Part shown: positions 46,663 through 56,196 of the stretch, piece after piece | Layout: each line of letters begins with the position of its first letter | Position numbering within the stretch: the first letter of the stretch is position 1 | Source: Microbacteriaceae bacterium | Lineage (GTDB): Bacteria; Actinomycetota; Actinomycetes; Actinomycetales; Microbacteriaceae | DNA: 64,000 bases | NCBI GenBank assembly: GCA_050245915.1 | Contig: JBFWWZ010000007.1 | Span: forward strand, 4,647-68,646 | Direction: 5' to 3' | Program-made: the position numbers and the translations under genes | The notes under the pieces: generated by a model | Told to the model about the DNA's origin: nothing | Database searches by the model: none | What the model saw: only the letters and a program-made list of their open reading frames with translations

Positions 46663-47424
46663 ATGCACATCGACGCGACGACCGCGCTGGTCACCGGCGC
46701 AGCATCCGGACTGGGGGCCGCCACCGCCGCCCTGCTCGCCGAACGGGGCGCCCACGTGATCGGCCTCGACCTGGCGGCGGCGATCGACAAGACCGACGGG
46801 GCCGACGGCGTGCACCTCGTCGCCGCCGACGTCACGAGCGCTGCCGACGTGCAGGCGGCGCTCGACGGCATCCCGGCGGACGCTCCCCCGCTGCGCATCG
46901 TCATCAACTGCGCGGGCATCGCGCCCGCCCGGCGCATCCTGTCGAGCAAAGGCATCCACGAGCTGGAGCTCTTCGAGAAGACGATCGCGGTGAACCTCGT
47001 CGGCACCTTCAACGTGCTGCGGCTCGCGGCGGCGGTCATCGCCGAGCAGCCCGCGGCGGATGATGACGGCCAGCGCGGCGTCATCGTCAACACCGCGTCG
47101 GTCGCCGCCTTCGAGGGCCAGATCGGGCAGATCGCCTACTCGGCATCGAAAGGCGGCGTGGCCGGGATGACGGTGCCGGCCGCACGCGACCTGGCGCGTT
47201 CCGGCATCCGGGTCAACACCATCGCGCCCGGCATCGTCGACACCCCGCTGCTCGCCGCACTCGGGCCGGAGGTGAACGCATCGCTCGCCGCGGGGGTGCC
47301 GTTCCCCGCCCGGCTCGCCCGCCCGGACGAATACGCGCAGCTGGTCGCGATGATCGTCGAGCACGACTACCTGAACGGCGAGACCATCCGGATGGACGGG
47401 GCGCTGCGCATGGCGCCGCAGTAG
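46663..47424 (+). CDS. SDR family oxidoreductase (3-hydroxyacyl-CoA dehydrogenase type 2-like)
   Basis: 253 aa with the cofactor motif TGAASGLG and the catalytic YSASK. Confidence 0.88.
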   Translation: MHIDATTALVTGAASGLGAATAALLAERGAHVIGLDLAAAIDKTDGADGVHLVAADVTSAADVQAALDGIPADAPPLRIVINCAGIAPARRILSSKGIHELELFEKTIAVNLVGTFNVLRLAAAVIAEQPAADDDGQRGVIVNTASVAAFEGQIGQIAYSASKGGVAGMTVPAARDLARSGIRVNTIAPGIVDTPLLAALGPEVNASLAAGVPFPARLARPDEYAQLVAMIVEHDYLNGETIRMDGALRMAPQ

Positions 47425-47432
47425 CGAGTCGG

Positions 47433-47508
47433 TGGAGCCACCTGTGGGAATCGAACCCACGACCTATTCATTACGAGTGAATCGCTCTGCCAACTGAGCT
47501 AAGGCGGC
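47433..47508 (-). tRNA. tRNA-Thr (anticodon CGT), CCA encoded
   Basis: Hand-folded cloverleaf: acceptor GCCGCCT/AGGTGGC, D arm GCTC-AGTTGGCA-GAGC, anticodon arm ATTCA-CTCGTAA-TGAAT, T arm GTGGG-TTCGATT-CCCAC, then T-CCA. Confidence 0.9.
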
Positions 47509-47552
47509 GGCGTGGCCTCGACAGGCGCGACCACCGCAGAATCATATCCGAC

Positions 47553-48200
47553 TCAGCGACGCACCGAGGCCGCGATGAGGCCCGGCAACTGGTCCAACGC
47601 CTCGTGCAGTCGGTCGATGAGGGTGCCGTGCTCGCCGTTGTCCTCCATCCAGGTGAGCCAGGCGTGGCGCATGCCGGCGATGGCGGTGAACGAGGTGAGG
47701 CGGGCGCGGCGGGTGAGCTCCTGCGGGTCGGAGGCGAGCTGGGGATGCTCGTCGAGCAGGCGCCGCCGCACCAGATCGGTGACGTCCGCCTCGAACCGGT
47801 GGATGCTGGCCCAGCGTTTCGCCGCCAGCTCGGGGCTCGTCTTCATGACGCTGCGACGCAGCAGCACGAGGTCAGAGTCCTGCAGCGACGCGGTCACGCT
47901 CTCGGAGAAGACGTCGGCGAGTGCCGTCAGGATCGGCGAACGGTCGGCGATGAACGCGGCCTGTGCCTCGGCGGACGGCAGCTCGGGGCTGTCGCCGACG
48001 ATCGCCTCCTCCTTGGACGCGAAGTAGTTGAAGAAGGTGCGGGGCGAGATGTCGGCGATGCGCGCGATCTCGTCGACGGTGGTGCCATCCAGCCCGCGCT
48101 CACGCACCATCTCGATGGCCGCGACCTGGATCGCGCGCCGAGTGGCCAAGCGCTTGCGTTCGCGCAGGCCGGGCGCCTCGTCCACCGCGGGGTCGGTCAT
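47553..48200 (-). CDS. TetR family transcriptional regulator
   Basis: 215 aa starting from ATG 48200 (MTDPAVDE). HTH TVDEIARIADISPRTFFNYF. The 11 codons upstream in the ORF track run into the palindromic promoter region. Confidence 0.85.
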   Translation of the reverse strand: MTDPAVDEAPGLRERKRLATRRAIQVAAIEMVRERGLDGTTVDEIARIADISPRTFFNYFASKEEAIVGDSPELPSAEAQAAFIADRSPILTALADVFSESVTASLQDSDLVLLRRSVMKTSPELAAKRWASIHRFEADVTDLVRRRLLDEHPQLASDPQELTRRARLTSFTAIAGMRHAWLTWMEDNGEHGTLIDRLHEALDQLPGLIAASVRR

Positions 48201-48210
48201 GCCTTCATTC

Positions 48211-48225
48211 TTGCATAGAGTGCAA
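48211..48225. promoter_or_regulatory. Candidate TetR operator
   Basis: TTGCA-TAGAG-TGCAA palindrome, with a third TTGCA at 48228, in an AT-richer patch 11 nt upstream of the TetR start. Confidence 0.35.
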
Positions 48226-48270
48226 TTTTGCACCGCCCCGCCCGGGGTGACACGCCCTGGGAGACGCGCC

Positions 48271-49797
48271 TCAGCAGTCGGGGTCGGTATCCGGAACCGT
48301 GCCGTCGATGAAGTACGCGTCGACCGCGTCGTTCACGCAGTCGTTCGACTTGTTGTACGCGGTGTGACCCTCGCCGGTGTAGGTGATGAGGTGCCCGTTC
48401 TCGAGCTCGTCCGCGAGCGCCTGGGCCCACACGTACGGCGTCGCGGGGTCGTTCGTGGTCCCCACCACCAGGATGTCGGCGGAGCCGGCTGCCGTGATCG
48501 GCTCGCGATCGCGGGTGGGCGGGAACGGCCACCCGGCGCAGGTGGTGCCGCCGTAGGCCATCCACGGACCGAACACCGGCGCCTCGGCCGCGAGCTGCGC
48601 CGCCTCGGCGCGCATCGTGGTCACGTCGGCGCCGCCCTGGTAGTCGAGGCAGTTGATCGACAGGAACGCCTCGGTGGAGTTGCTGGCGAACGTGCCGTCG
48701 GCGTTGCGCTCGTTGTAGCTGTCGGCGAGCAGGAACCCGACCCGTGTCTCGCCCTTCATCACCTCGTCGAACAGCTGGTCGAGGTAGGGCCAGTTGTCCT
48801 GGTTGTAGAGCGGCAGGATCGTCGCCGAGAACATGGCGCTGACGCCGAACTGGCGGCCGTCCTCACCGGGCAGCGGGTCGGCCGAGACCTGCTCGAAGAT
48901 CTGCGCGATGCGGGTGAGGCCTTGCTCGACCGAGGTGAACGGGCACTCGTCGTGCGAGACGCAGTCGGCGAGGTACGCGGCGAGCGCGCTGTCGAACCCC
49001 TTGGCCTGGGTGAGGGTCACGTCGAAATCCGTGGTGGCGGGATCGATGGCGCCGTCGAGCACGAGCCGCCCCGTCTTCTGCGGGTAGAGCTCGGCATAGG
49101 TGGCACCGAGGAACGTCCCGTACGAGTAGCCGAGGTAGGTGAGCTTCTCGTCGCCGAGCACTGCGCGCAGCAGGTCCATGTCGCGGGCGGCGCTGACCGT
49201 GTCGACGTATTGCAGCACGGGGCCGGTGTACTTCAGGCATTCGGCGCCGAACTGCGCGTTGGCCGCCTCGACGTTCGCGATCCATTCGTCGCTGCCGACC
49301 ACGCCCGGGATGATGTCGTAGAGGAAATGGTCGAGGTAGGACGGGTCGTCGTAGCAGGTGACCGGGGTCGAGCGCCCCACCCCGCGCGGGTCGAACCCGA
49401 TGATGTCGTAGCTGCGCTGCAGGCGGTCGCTCACCGCGTAGTCGACGCTGTCGAGGATGAAGTCGTAGCCCGAACCGCCCGGCCCGCCGGGGTTCACCAG
49501 CAGCGACCCCAGCTTGGTGCCGGTGGCCGGGTGCCGCACGAGCGCGAGCTCGATGCCGGCAGCCGCGGGGTCGTCCCAGTTCATGGGCGCCTCGGCGGTG
49601 GTGCACAGCATCCCGTCGCCGCATCGCGACCAGACCAGCGTCTGCGAGTAGAACGGCTGCAGCTCTGCCGAGACCTGCTCGCCCGTCGGGGTGGAGGTGG
49701 TGCTGGGGCGCGGCGGCAGGAACCACGAGACGCACCCGCTGAGCAGCAGCGCGACCCCGGATGCGACGGCGACGACGACGATCAGGCGGCGGCTCAT
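48271..49797 (-). CDS. Secreted alpha/beta hydrolase lipoprotein (tripeptidyl aminopeptidase/TAP-like)
   Basis: 508 aa with lipobox LLSGC, the nucleophile elbow GYSYGT and C-terminal Cys residues typical of the TAP C-terminal domain. Confidence 0.85.
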   Translation of the reverse strand: MSRRLIVVVAVASGVALLLSGCVSWFLPPRPSTTSTPTGEQVSAELQPFYSQTLVWSRCGDGMLCTTAEAPMNWDDPAAAGIELALVRHPATGTKLGSLLVNPGGPGGSGYDFILDSVDYAVSDRLQRSYDIIGFDPRGVGRSTPVTCYDDPSYLDHFLYDIIPGVVGSDEWIANVEAANAQFGAECLKYTGPVLQYVDTVSAARDMDLLRAVLGDEKLTYLGYSYGTFLGATYAELYPQKTGRLVLDGAIDPATTDFDVTLTQAKGFDSALAAYLADCVSHDECPFTSVEQGLTRIAQIFEQVSADPLPGEDGRQFGVSAMFSATILPLYNQDNWPYLDQLFDEVMKGETRVGFLLADSYNERNADGTFASNSTEAFLSINCLDYQGGADVTTMRAEAAQLAAEAPVFGPWMAYGGTTCAGWPFPPTRDREPITAAGSADILVVGTTNDPATPYVWAQALADELENGHLITYTGEGHTAYNKSNDCVNDAVDAYFIDGTVPDTDPDC

Positions 49798-50927
49798 GCG
49801 GCAGAGTCTCTCACGGCGCTGACCAGCATCGCCTCCAGCGCCAGCGCCGGCGCCACGTTCCCCTCGATGCGCTCGCGGGCGGTGGCGATCGCCTCCAGGG
49901 TCTCGAGTGTGCGGTCGGGAGTGGAGGCGGCGGCGGCCTGCGCGAGCTGCGGGTAGATCGCCAGATTGACCGGCTCCGTCTGCGCCCCGAGCTGCAGCAG
50001 CAGGATGTCGCGGTACAGCGAGAGCAGGTCGACCAGGATGCGGTCGATCCCGTCGCGCAGGCTGCGGGTGGCGCGGCGCTTCTGATCGTCTTCGAGCGCC
50101 TTCAGCTGCGACCGCAGGCCGGGGGGTACGGCTCCGCCCGGTTCGATTCCGAGTGAGCGGAGCGCGCGGTCGCGCTCTTCCGCGTCGTGCTCCTCGGTGA
50201 ACGCGCTGGCGTCAGCGGTGGCGACGGCGACCAGCTCGGCGGCGGCGAGCACCGCGCCGGACACGCTGCGGATCCCAAGTGCCAGCTCGAGCGTGCGCCG
50301 GCGCCGTTCGCGGGCTTCGTCGTTGGTGGCGAGCCGGTGCGCCATACCGATGTGCGACTGGGCTTCGCGGGCGGCACGGGTGGCGTCGGGGAGGCTGACC
50401 CCGTCACGGCGCGCGATCAGCTCGGCGACCTCGTCGACGCCCGGGATGCGCAGCCGCACCGCGCGAACCCGCGACCGGATCGTCGGGATGAGGTCGGCTT
50501 CGCTCGGAGCGCACAGGATCCAGACGGTGCGCGGTGGCGGCTCTTCGAGTGCCTTCAGCAGCACGTTGGAGGTGCGCTCGGTCATGCGGTCGGCATCCTC
50601 GATGACCATCACGCGGTACCGGCCGACGGAGGGCGAGTACTGGCTGGCGGCGACCAGCTGCCGCACCTCGTCGATGGTGATGGTGACGCGGTCGGTGCTC
50701 AGGATGCCGAGGTCGGGGTGGGTGCGCGCCCGCACCTGCGCCTCGGTGGCGGCTTCGTCGCCGGGCCGGGCGATGAGGGCGGCGGCGAACGCGTAGGCGA
50801 GGATCGAGCGGCCCGATCCGGGCGGGCCGGTGATCAACCAGGAGTGGGTCATGCCGTCGTCGTCGGACGCTGCGGCGCGCATGATGGCGATCGCCTCCGC
50901 CTGACCGGTCAGGTCATCCCATGCCAT
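49794..50927 (-). CDS. holB: DNA polymerase III subunit delta'
   Basis: 377 aa with an AAA+-like P-loop GPPGSGRS and VMVIEDADRM. Conserved holB-tmk-topA context. Confidence 0.88.
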   Translation of the reverse strand: MAWDDLTGQAEAIAIMRAAASDDDGMTHSWLITGPPGSGRSILAYAFAAALIARPGDEAATEAQVRARTHPDLGILSTDRVTITIDEVRQLVAASQYSPSVGRYRVMVIEDADRMTERTSNVLLKALEEPPPRTVWILCAPSEADLIPTIRSRVRAVRLRIPGVDEVAELIARRDGVSLPDATRAAREAQSHIGMAHRLATNDEARERRRRTLELALGIRSVSGAVLAAAELVAVATADASAFTEEHDAEERDRALRSLGIEPGGAVPPGLRSQLKALEDDQKRRATRSLRDGIDRILVDLLSLYRDILLLQLGAQTEPVNLAIYPQLAQAAAASTPDRTLETLEAIATARERIEGNVAPALALEAMLVSAVRDSAA

Positions 50928-50950
50928 GCGCCGTGCCTCCCGGTCAGAAT

Positions 50951-51586
50951 CTAACCGAGCAGGGGCGACACCCGGTCGCGGATGCGCTGCGCGAGCTCGT
51001 CGACGGGGAGGGTGGCGTCGAGGACGAGGAACCGCTCGGGTTCGGCAGCGGCGAGGTCGAGGTATGCGGCGCGCACGCGGGCGTGGAAGTCGTCGCCCTC
51101 TGCCTCGAGCCGGTCGTATCGGGTGCGCGATTCATCCAGTCGCACCCGGCCGATGCTCTCGTCGAGGTCGAGCAGCACGGTGAGGTGCGGCAGCAGGCCC
51201 TCGGTGGCCCAGAGCGACAGGTCGCGCACCTCGGTCGGGTCGAGCACGCGGCCGGCGCCCTGGTAGGCGACGGAGGAGTCGAGGTACCTGTCTTGGATGA
51301 CGATGTCGCCGCGTTCCAGCGCGGGACGCACGACGGTGGCGATGTTGTGGGCGCGGTCGGCGGCGTAGAGCAGCGCCTCGGCGCGCGGGGCGATGTGCCC
51401 CCGGTGGTGCAGCACGGTCTCCCGTACCTGCAGCCCGACCTCGGTTCCGCCGGGTTCGCGGCTGTGCACGACGGTGCGACCCTGCGCCGCGAGCCAATCG
51501 GTGAGCAGCGCCGACTGCGTCGATTTGCCCGAACCGTCTCCGCCTTCGAAGGTGAGGAAGAGGCCGGTGCCCGGCTGAGCTGGCAC
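50951..51586 (-). CDS. tmk: dTMP (thymidylate) kinase
   Basis: 211 aa starting from GTG 51586. P-loop FEGGDGSGKST and DRYLDSSVAYQG. The longer ORF-track version would overlap the topA 3' end. Confidence 0.88.
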   Translation of the reverse strand: MPAQPGTGLFLTFEGGDGSGKSTQSALLTDWLAAQGRTVVHSREPGGTEVGLQVRETVLHHRGHIAPRAEALLYAADRAHNIATVVRPALERGDIVIQDRYLDSSVAYQGAGRVLDPTEVRDLSLWATEGLLPHLTVLLDLDESIGRVRLDESRTRYDRLEAEGDDFHARVRAAYLDLAAAEPERFLVLDATLPVDELAQRIRDRVSPLLG

Positions 51587-51590
51587 GGGG

Positions 51591-54338
51591 CTACTTCCGG
51601 GCCGGCGCGCGCCGGGCCCGGCTCGCGGGTTTCTTGGCGGGGCCTTTCGCGCGCTTGTCGGCGAGCAGTTCGACGGCGCGTTCGAAGTCGATGCTCTCGA
51701 CGTCGTCACCGCGCGGGATGGTCGCGTTGGTGACGCCGTCGGTGACGTACGGCCCGAACCGGCCGTCGCGCACACGGATCGGCTTGCCGCTCACCGGGTC
51801 GTTGTCGAACTCTTTGAGCGCACTCGACGGACGCCGTGCGCCGTACTTCGGCTGGGCGAACACCTCGAGGGCACCGGGCAGGTCGATGGTGAAGATCTGC
51901 TCCTCGGTCTCGAGCGAGCGGCTGTCGGTGCCCTTCTTGATGTACGGGCCGTAGCGGCCGTTCTGGGCGGTGATGTCTTCGCCGCTCTCCGGGTCCTGAC
52001 CGACGACCCGCGGCAGGTCGAGCAGGCGGATCGCGGTCTCGAGGTCGACGGTCGCCGGATCCATGCTCTTGAACAGGGATGCCGTGCGCGGCTTGACCGC
52101 GGGCGCCTTCTTGGCCGCCTTCTTCTTCGCGGGCTTCGGCGCCTCGATGAGCTCACCGGTGGCGCTGTCGACGGCGACCGGTTCGGTCTCGTCGGCGGCC
52201 GGGGCGGCGGGCTCCGGCTCGGGCTCGAGCTCGGTGACGTAGGGGCCGTACCGGCCGTCCTTGGCGACGACCATCTTGCCGGTGGCGGGGTTGACCCCGA
52301 GCTGACGGTCGCCGACCTCGGGGGCGTCGACGAGTTCGCGTGCCCGCTCGGGGGTGAGCTCGTCGGGGGCCATGCCCTCGGGCACGTTCACGCGCCGCGG
52401 GGTGTCGGAGCCCTCGACGGGCACCTCGAGGTACGGGCCGTAGCGACCGATGCGCAGGGTGATGTCGTCCGCGATCCGGATCGAGTTGATGTCGCGCGCG
52501 TCGATGTCGCCGAGGTTGTCGATGACGGTGCGCAGGCCCCGGTGCTTGTCGCCACCGAAGTAGAACCCGGTGAGCCATTCCACCCGGTCGGCTTCGCCGT
52601 CGGCGATGCGGTCGAGGTCGTCTTCCATCTCGGCCGTGAAGTCGTATTCGACGAGGTCGGCGAAGTGCTCTTCGAGCAGGCGCACGACGCTGAAGGCGAT
52701 CCAGTTCGGCACGAGCGCGGTGCCGCGCGGCGTGACGTAGCCGCGGTCGATGATGGTGGAGATGATGCTGGCGTAGGTCGAGGGGCGGCCGATGCCGAGC
52801 TCTTCCAGTGACTTGACCAGGCTCGCCTCGGTGTAGCGCGGCGGCGGGCTGGTCTCGTGACCTTTCGCCTCGAGCAGGCCGAGGTCGAGCGTCTGGCCGA
52901 CGGTGAGCGGCGGAAGCGTCTTCTGGTCGTCGGAGTCCTGCTCGTTGCGCGCCTCGTCGTGACCCTCTTCATATGCGGCGAGGAACCCGCGGAAGGTGAT
53001 GACGGTGCCGGAGGCGGTGAACTCGGCGGTCCCGTGGTCAGCGGTCCGGCCTTCGATCGTGACGGATGCGGTCGATCCGCGCGCGTCGGCCATCTGCGAG
53101 GCGACGGTGCGCTTCCAGATGAGGTCGTACAGCTTGAACTCGTTGCCCCGGAGCACGTTGCTCAACTCGGAGGGGGTGCGGAAGGTCTCCCCCGACGGGC
53201 GGATGGCCTCGTGCGCCTCCTGCGCGTTCTTGGATTTGCCGGTGTAGACGCGCGGCTTCTCGGGGACGGAGTCGGCGCCGTACAGTTTCGCCGCCTGGCT
53301 GCGCGCGGCGCTGATCGCCTGCTGCGACAGCGTCGGCGAGTCGGTGCGCATATAGGTGATGTAGCCGTTCTCGTAGAGGCCCTGCGCCACGCTCATGGTC
53401 TGCCGGGCCGAGAAGCGCAGCTTGCGCGCCGCCTCCTGCTGCAGCGTGGAGGTGGTGAACGGCGCCGCGGGACGGCGCGTGTACGGCTTCGTCTCGAGGT
53501 TGCTGACCGTGAACGAGGTGGTCGGCAGGCGCAGCGCGTCGGCGAGCGCCTCGGCGGCGGCCTCGTCGAGGGCGACCGCTTCGCCCCCGAGCTGCCCCCG
53601 GTCGTTGAAGTCACGGCCGCTGGCGATGCGGCGCCCGTCGATGCGGGCGAGTTTCGACTCGAACGACGAGCCCGCGGCGCCTGCCTGCGGCATCAGCTCT
53701 GCGGTCAGGTCCCAGTAGGCGGCGGCGACGAACGCGAGACGCTCGCGCTCGCGGTCGACGACGAGCCGGGTGGCCGCGGACTGCACGCGCCCGGCGGAGA
53801 GGCCGGGCCCGACCTTGCGCCAGAGCACCGGCGACACCTCGTACCCGTACAGACGGTCCAGGATGCGGCGGGTCTCCTGCGCGTCGACGAGGGCGGTGTC
53901 GAGTTCGCGCGGGTTGTTGCGGGCGGCTTCGATCGCATCCTTGGTGATCTCGTGGAACACCATCCGCTTGACGGGCACCTTCGGCTTCAGCACCTCGAGC
54001 AGGTGCCAGGCTATCGCCTCGCCTTCGCGGTCTTCATCGGTGGCGAGGTAGAGCTCGTCGGCGTCTTTGAGGGCTTTCTTGAGATCGGCGACGGTTCTCT
54101 TCTTCTCGTCGCTGACGACGTAATAGGGGAGGAAGCCGTTCTCGACATCGATGGAGAACTTGCCGAGCGAGCCCTTCTTCAGCTCCGGCGGCAGGTTCTT
54201 CGGCTCGACGAGGTCGCGGATGTGCCCCACCGAGGCCTGCACCTCGTAACCGTCGCCGAGGTACTGGGCGATGGTCTTCGCCTTCGCCGGGGACTCGACG
54301 ATGACGAGTCTGTGTTTGGGTACTGCGCTGTCGGGCAC
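51591..54338 (-). CDS. topA: DNA topoisomerase I
   Basis: 915 aa starting from GTG 54338, which is preceded by AAGGAGAG. Toprim motifs VIVESPAKAKTI and DEDREGE, and active-site Tyr YITYMRTDS. The C-terminus has four GR(Y/F)GPY repeats and a Lys-rich tail. Confidence 0.93.
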   Translation of the reverse strand: MPDSAVPKHRLVIVESPAKAKTIAQYLGDGYEVQASVGHIRDLVEPKNLPPELKKGSLGKFSIDVENGFLPYYVVSDEKKRTVADLKKALKDADELYLATDEDREGEAIAWHLLEVLKPKVPVKRMVFHEITKDAIEAARNNPRELDTALVDAQETRRILDRLYGYEVSPVLWRKVGPGLSAGRVQSAATRLVVDRERERLAFVAAAYWDLTAELMPQAGAAGSSFESKLARIDGRRIASGRDFNDRGQLGGEAVALDEAAAEALADALRLPTTSFTVSNLETKPYTRRPAAPFTTSTLQQEAARKLRFSARQTMSVAQGLYENGYITYMRTDSPTLSQQAISAARSQAAKLYGADSVPEKPRVYTGKSKNAQEAHEAIRPSGETFRTPSELSNVLRGNEFKLYDLIWKRTVASQMADARGSTASVTIEGRTADHGTAEFTASGTVITFRGFLAAYEEGHDEARNEQDSDDQKTLPPLTVGQTLDLGLLEAKGHETSPPPRYTEASLVKSLEELGIGRPSTYASIISTIIDRGYVTPRGTALVPNWIAFSVVRLLEEHFADLVEYDFTAEMEDDLDRIADGEADRVEWLTGFYFGGDKHRGLRTVIDNLGDIDARDINSIRIADDITLRIGRYGPYLEVPVEGSDTPRRVNVPEGMAPDELTPERARELVDAPEVGDRQLGVNPATGKMVVAKDGRYGPYVTELEPEPEPAAPAADETEPVAVDSATGELIEAPKPAKKKAAKKAPAVKPRTASLFKSMDPATVDLETAIRLLDLPRVVGQDPESGEDITAQNGRYGPYIKKGTDSRSLETEEQIFTIDLPGALEVFAQPKYGARRPSSALKEFDNDPVSGKPIRVRDGRFGPYVTDGVTNATIPRGDDVESIDFERAVELLADKRAKGPAKKPASRARRAPARK

Positions 54339-54417
54339 GTCTCTCCTTGATTCCGGGGCCACCATACACACGGTTGACGGGTGCCGCTCGAACGCGCTGT
54401 GCAGTCCGTCCCGCGCG

Positions 54418-54750
54418 TCAGGGCGGCGGACCCGCCCTCGAACGGGCGCTGATCGGCACCGCCCCGAACGCTCCCGCCACCTCGACGGATGCGACCAGGC
54501 CGTCGATCCGGCAGCTCTGCAGCCGAGCTCCGGTGGCCGCCGCCACTCGGCGCGCGAGCTCGCACGGGGCACCGGGAACCGCGCCGGACGCCCCGTCGGC
54601 GGCGGCCAGCGCCGCGGCATCGGCCGTTCCGATGAGCCGCTGTCGGACCGACAGACCCGCGGAGAGCGCCAGCACCGCGAGCGCCACCGCGACCGTCGCC
54701 ACGACGAGAGCGACGACCAGCACCGACCCGCTGCCGACGTCGTCTCTCAC
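54418..54750 (-). CDS. TadE-like pseudopilin/secreted protein (Rv3654c family)
   Basis: 110 aa starting from GTG 54750 (GTGA overlap). N-terminal hydrophobic segment GSGSVLVVALVVATVAVALAVLAL. Last gene of the Tad-like cluster. Confidence 0.7.
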   Translation of the reverse strand: MRDDVGSGSVLVVALVVATVAVALAVLALSAGLSVRQRLIGTADAAALAAADGASGAVPGAPCELARRVAAATGARLQSCRIDGLVASVEVAGAFGAVPISARSRAGPPP

Positions 54751-55073
54751 CGTCCGCCCCCGAGAGCGCACGCCCATCCCCTCACCTCGATCCCGAGCCG
54801 GGATGCCGCGGACACCGTCGCGCACACCAGGTCGCCGCGAGCGGACCTCGCCACCGACGCACCCGGAAGCTGCCGGCCCAGCCGCGCCGTCACCGTCACC
54901 GCGCTGTCGCCGCGCGCCCACGAGCGCGCGGCATCCGCGGCCGCGTCGTTCGCACGCAGCTGCAGCCCGCCTGCCTGCACCCCGCCGAGCAGCACGGCCA
55001 GGACGAGCATCACCGCGGGCATCCCGACCGCGAACTCGGCGACGGCACCGCCGCTCTCGTCACCGAGCCGCAT
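54747..55073 (-). CDS. TadE family protein (Rv3655c-like)
   Basis: 108 aa starting from ATG 55073 with the TadE N-terminal motif GGAVAEFAVGMPAVMLVLAVLLG. Confidence 0.7.
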   Translation of the reverse strand: MRLGDESGGAVAEFAVGMPAVMLVLAVLLGGVQAGGLQLRANDAAADAARSWARGDSAVTVTARLGRQLPGASVARSARGDLVCATVSAASRLGIEVRGWACALGGGR

Positions 55074-55228
55074 CAGCCGCCCACGCTCAGCGCGGTGCGC
55101 ACCAGCCCGGTCAGGATCGCCTGCACCTCCCCCGATTTCAGGATCACCACCAGCAACCCGGCGAAGCCCACCGCCGCCATGATCGTGATCGCGTACTCCG
55201 CCGTCGCCGCGCCCTCGTCGTCGCGCAT
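55073..55228 (-). CDS. Flp-pilin-like small protein (DUF4244 / Rv3656c-like)
   Basis: 51 aa starting from ATG 55228, preceded by GGAGAGAGGG. Sequence MRDDEGAATAEYAITIMAAVGFAGLLVVIL is a Flp-type G/ATAEY processing-like motif followed by a hydrophobic helix. Confidence 0.7.
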   Translation of the reverse strand: MRDDEGAATAEYAITIMAAVGFAGLLVVILKSGEVQAILTGLVRTALSVGG

Positions 55229-55320
55229 CGTGCCCTCTCTCCGTTCGTCGGCACGAGCATGTCCATCCTGCGCGCCCCTCCCCCGCCGCGGACCCACGGC
55301 GGCGTTCCGGTCGGATCACG

Positions 55321-56196
55321 TCACAACGCCCCGGCTGTGGACGACAGGATCGCGAGCGCGATCGGGACGACTCCGGCCAGCACGAACGCCGGCAGCACGC
55401 AGAGGCCCAACGGGAGCAGAAGCCGGCTCTCCAGCCGGGCGGCACGCGCCGCCGCCGCCGCGCGGACCGACCGGCGCCGCTCGTCGGCTTCCGCTCGCAG
55501 CAGCGCGACTACCGGCACGCCGGCCGCGGAGGCGAACTCGAGCACCCCGGTGACGTCGTCGTGCAGCGCCAGTGCCGCCGCCGCGCTCGCCTCGTCGACG
55601 AGCGCCCGCGCCCTCGCCACCGACATCCCGCCCGCAAGCGCGACCGCGTGCAGCTCGAAGCCGAGTCCGGGTGTCGCGTCGGTCTCGCGCGCCCAGGCGA
55701 GCAACCGCCGGTTCCAGCGTGCGGCGACGACGTTCAGGATGCCGGCCGCCCCCAGGCAGACCAGGCCTGCCGGTGAGGCGAACGCGGCGAGCAGATCGAA
55801 GCCGAGCAGCGCTCCCAGCAGCAGCGCGACCGCCGGCAGCGCCATCACGATGCGGCTGGTCGCGCGCGGCCCGGCGAGTACGGTCTCGACATCGCGCGCC
55901 GACTGGGCAAGAGAGCGCAGCACCTCTGCCGTGCGCCCGAGCGTCGGAGCGAGCGGCGCCCCGGACTCCGTGGCCACGCCCCAGACGCAGGCGAGCGTCT
56001 GCCACGCCGACCGCTCGCCCGGCCGGGTCTCCCCCTCGCGACGGATCCGGGCTGCCAGATCCCGCGCCGAGACCGCCTCCGACGCGATCGCCGCATCGAC
56101 GTAGCGCCACGCGGGCAGGGCCGGGATGCCGGCGGCCGTGAGCACCGCCAGCCGCTGCACCAGCATTGCCACGGCATCGAATCCCGAGCCGGTCAC
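55321..56196 (-). CDS. Type II secretion system F family membrane protein, apparent TadB-TadC fusion
   Basis: 291 aa, a single uninterrupted ORF with two T2SSF-like helical domains (about residues 1-110 and 170-250). Each is followed by hydrophobic helices. ATGA overlap with tadA. Confidence 0.75.
   Translation of the reverse strand: MTGSGFDAVAMLVQRLAVLTAAGIPALPAWRYVDAAIASEAVSARDLAARIRREGETRPGERSAWQTLACVWGVATESGAPLAPTLGRTAEVLRSLAQSARDVETVLAGPRATSRIVMALPAVALLLGALLGFDLLAAFASPAGLVCLGAAGILNVVAARWNRRLLAWARETDATPGLGFELHAVALAGGMSVARARALVDEASAAAALALHDDVTGVLEFASAAGVPVVALLRAEADERRRSVRAAAAARAARLESRLLLPLGLCVLPAFVLAGVVPIALAILSSTAGAL

Noticed and set aside
47425-48270. Possible genomic island or integration site at tRNA-Thr (and at tRNA-Pro, 63695-63768)
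   Set aside because: No integrase, recombinase or direct repeat of the tRNA 3' end is visible, and there is no compositional shift. The flanking genes are ordinary chromosomal genes.
54339-54620. 94-codon N-terminal extension of the topA ORF
   Set aside because: The extension is Arg/Pro-rich and would overlap the 3' end of the Tad cluster. GTG 54338 has a strong AAGGAGAG Shine-Dalgarno and gives the conserved N-terminus just before VIVESPAKAKTI.
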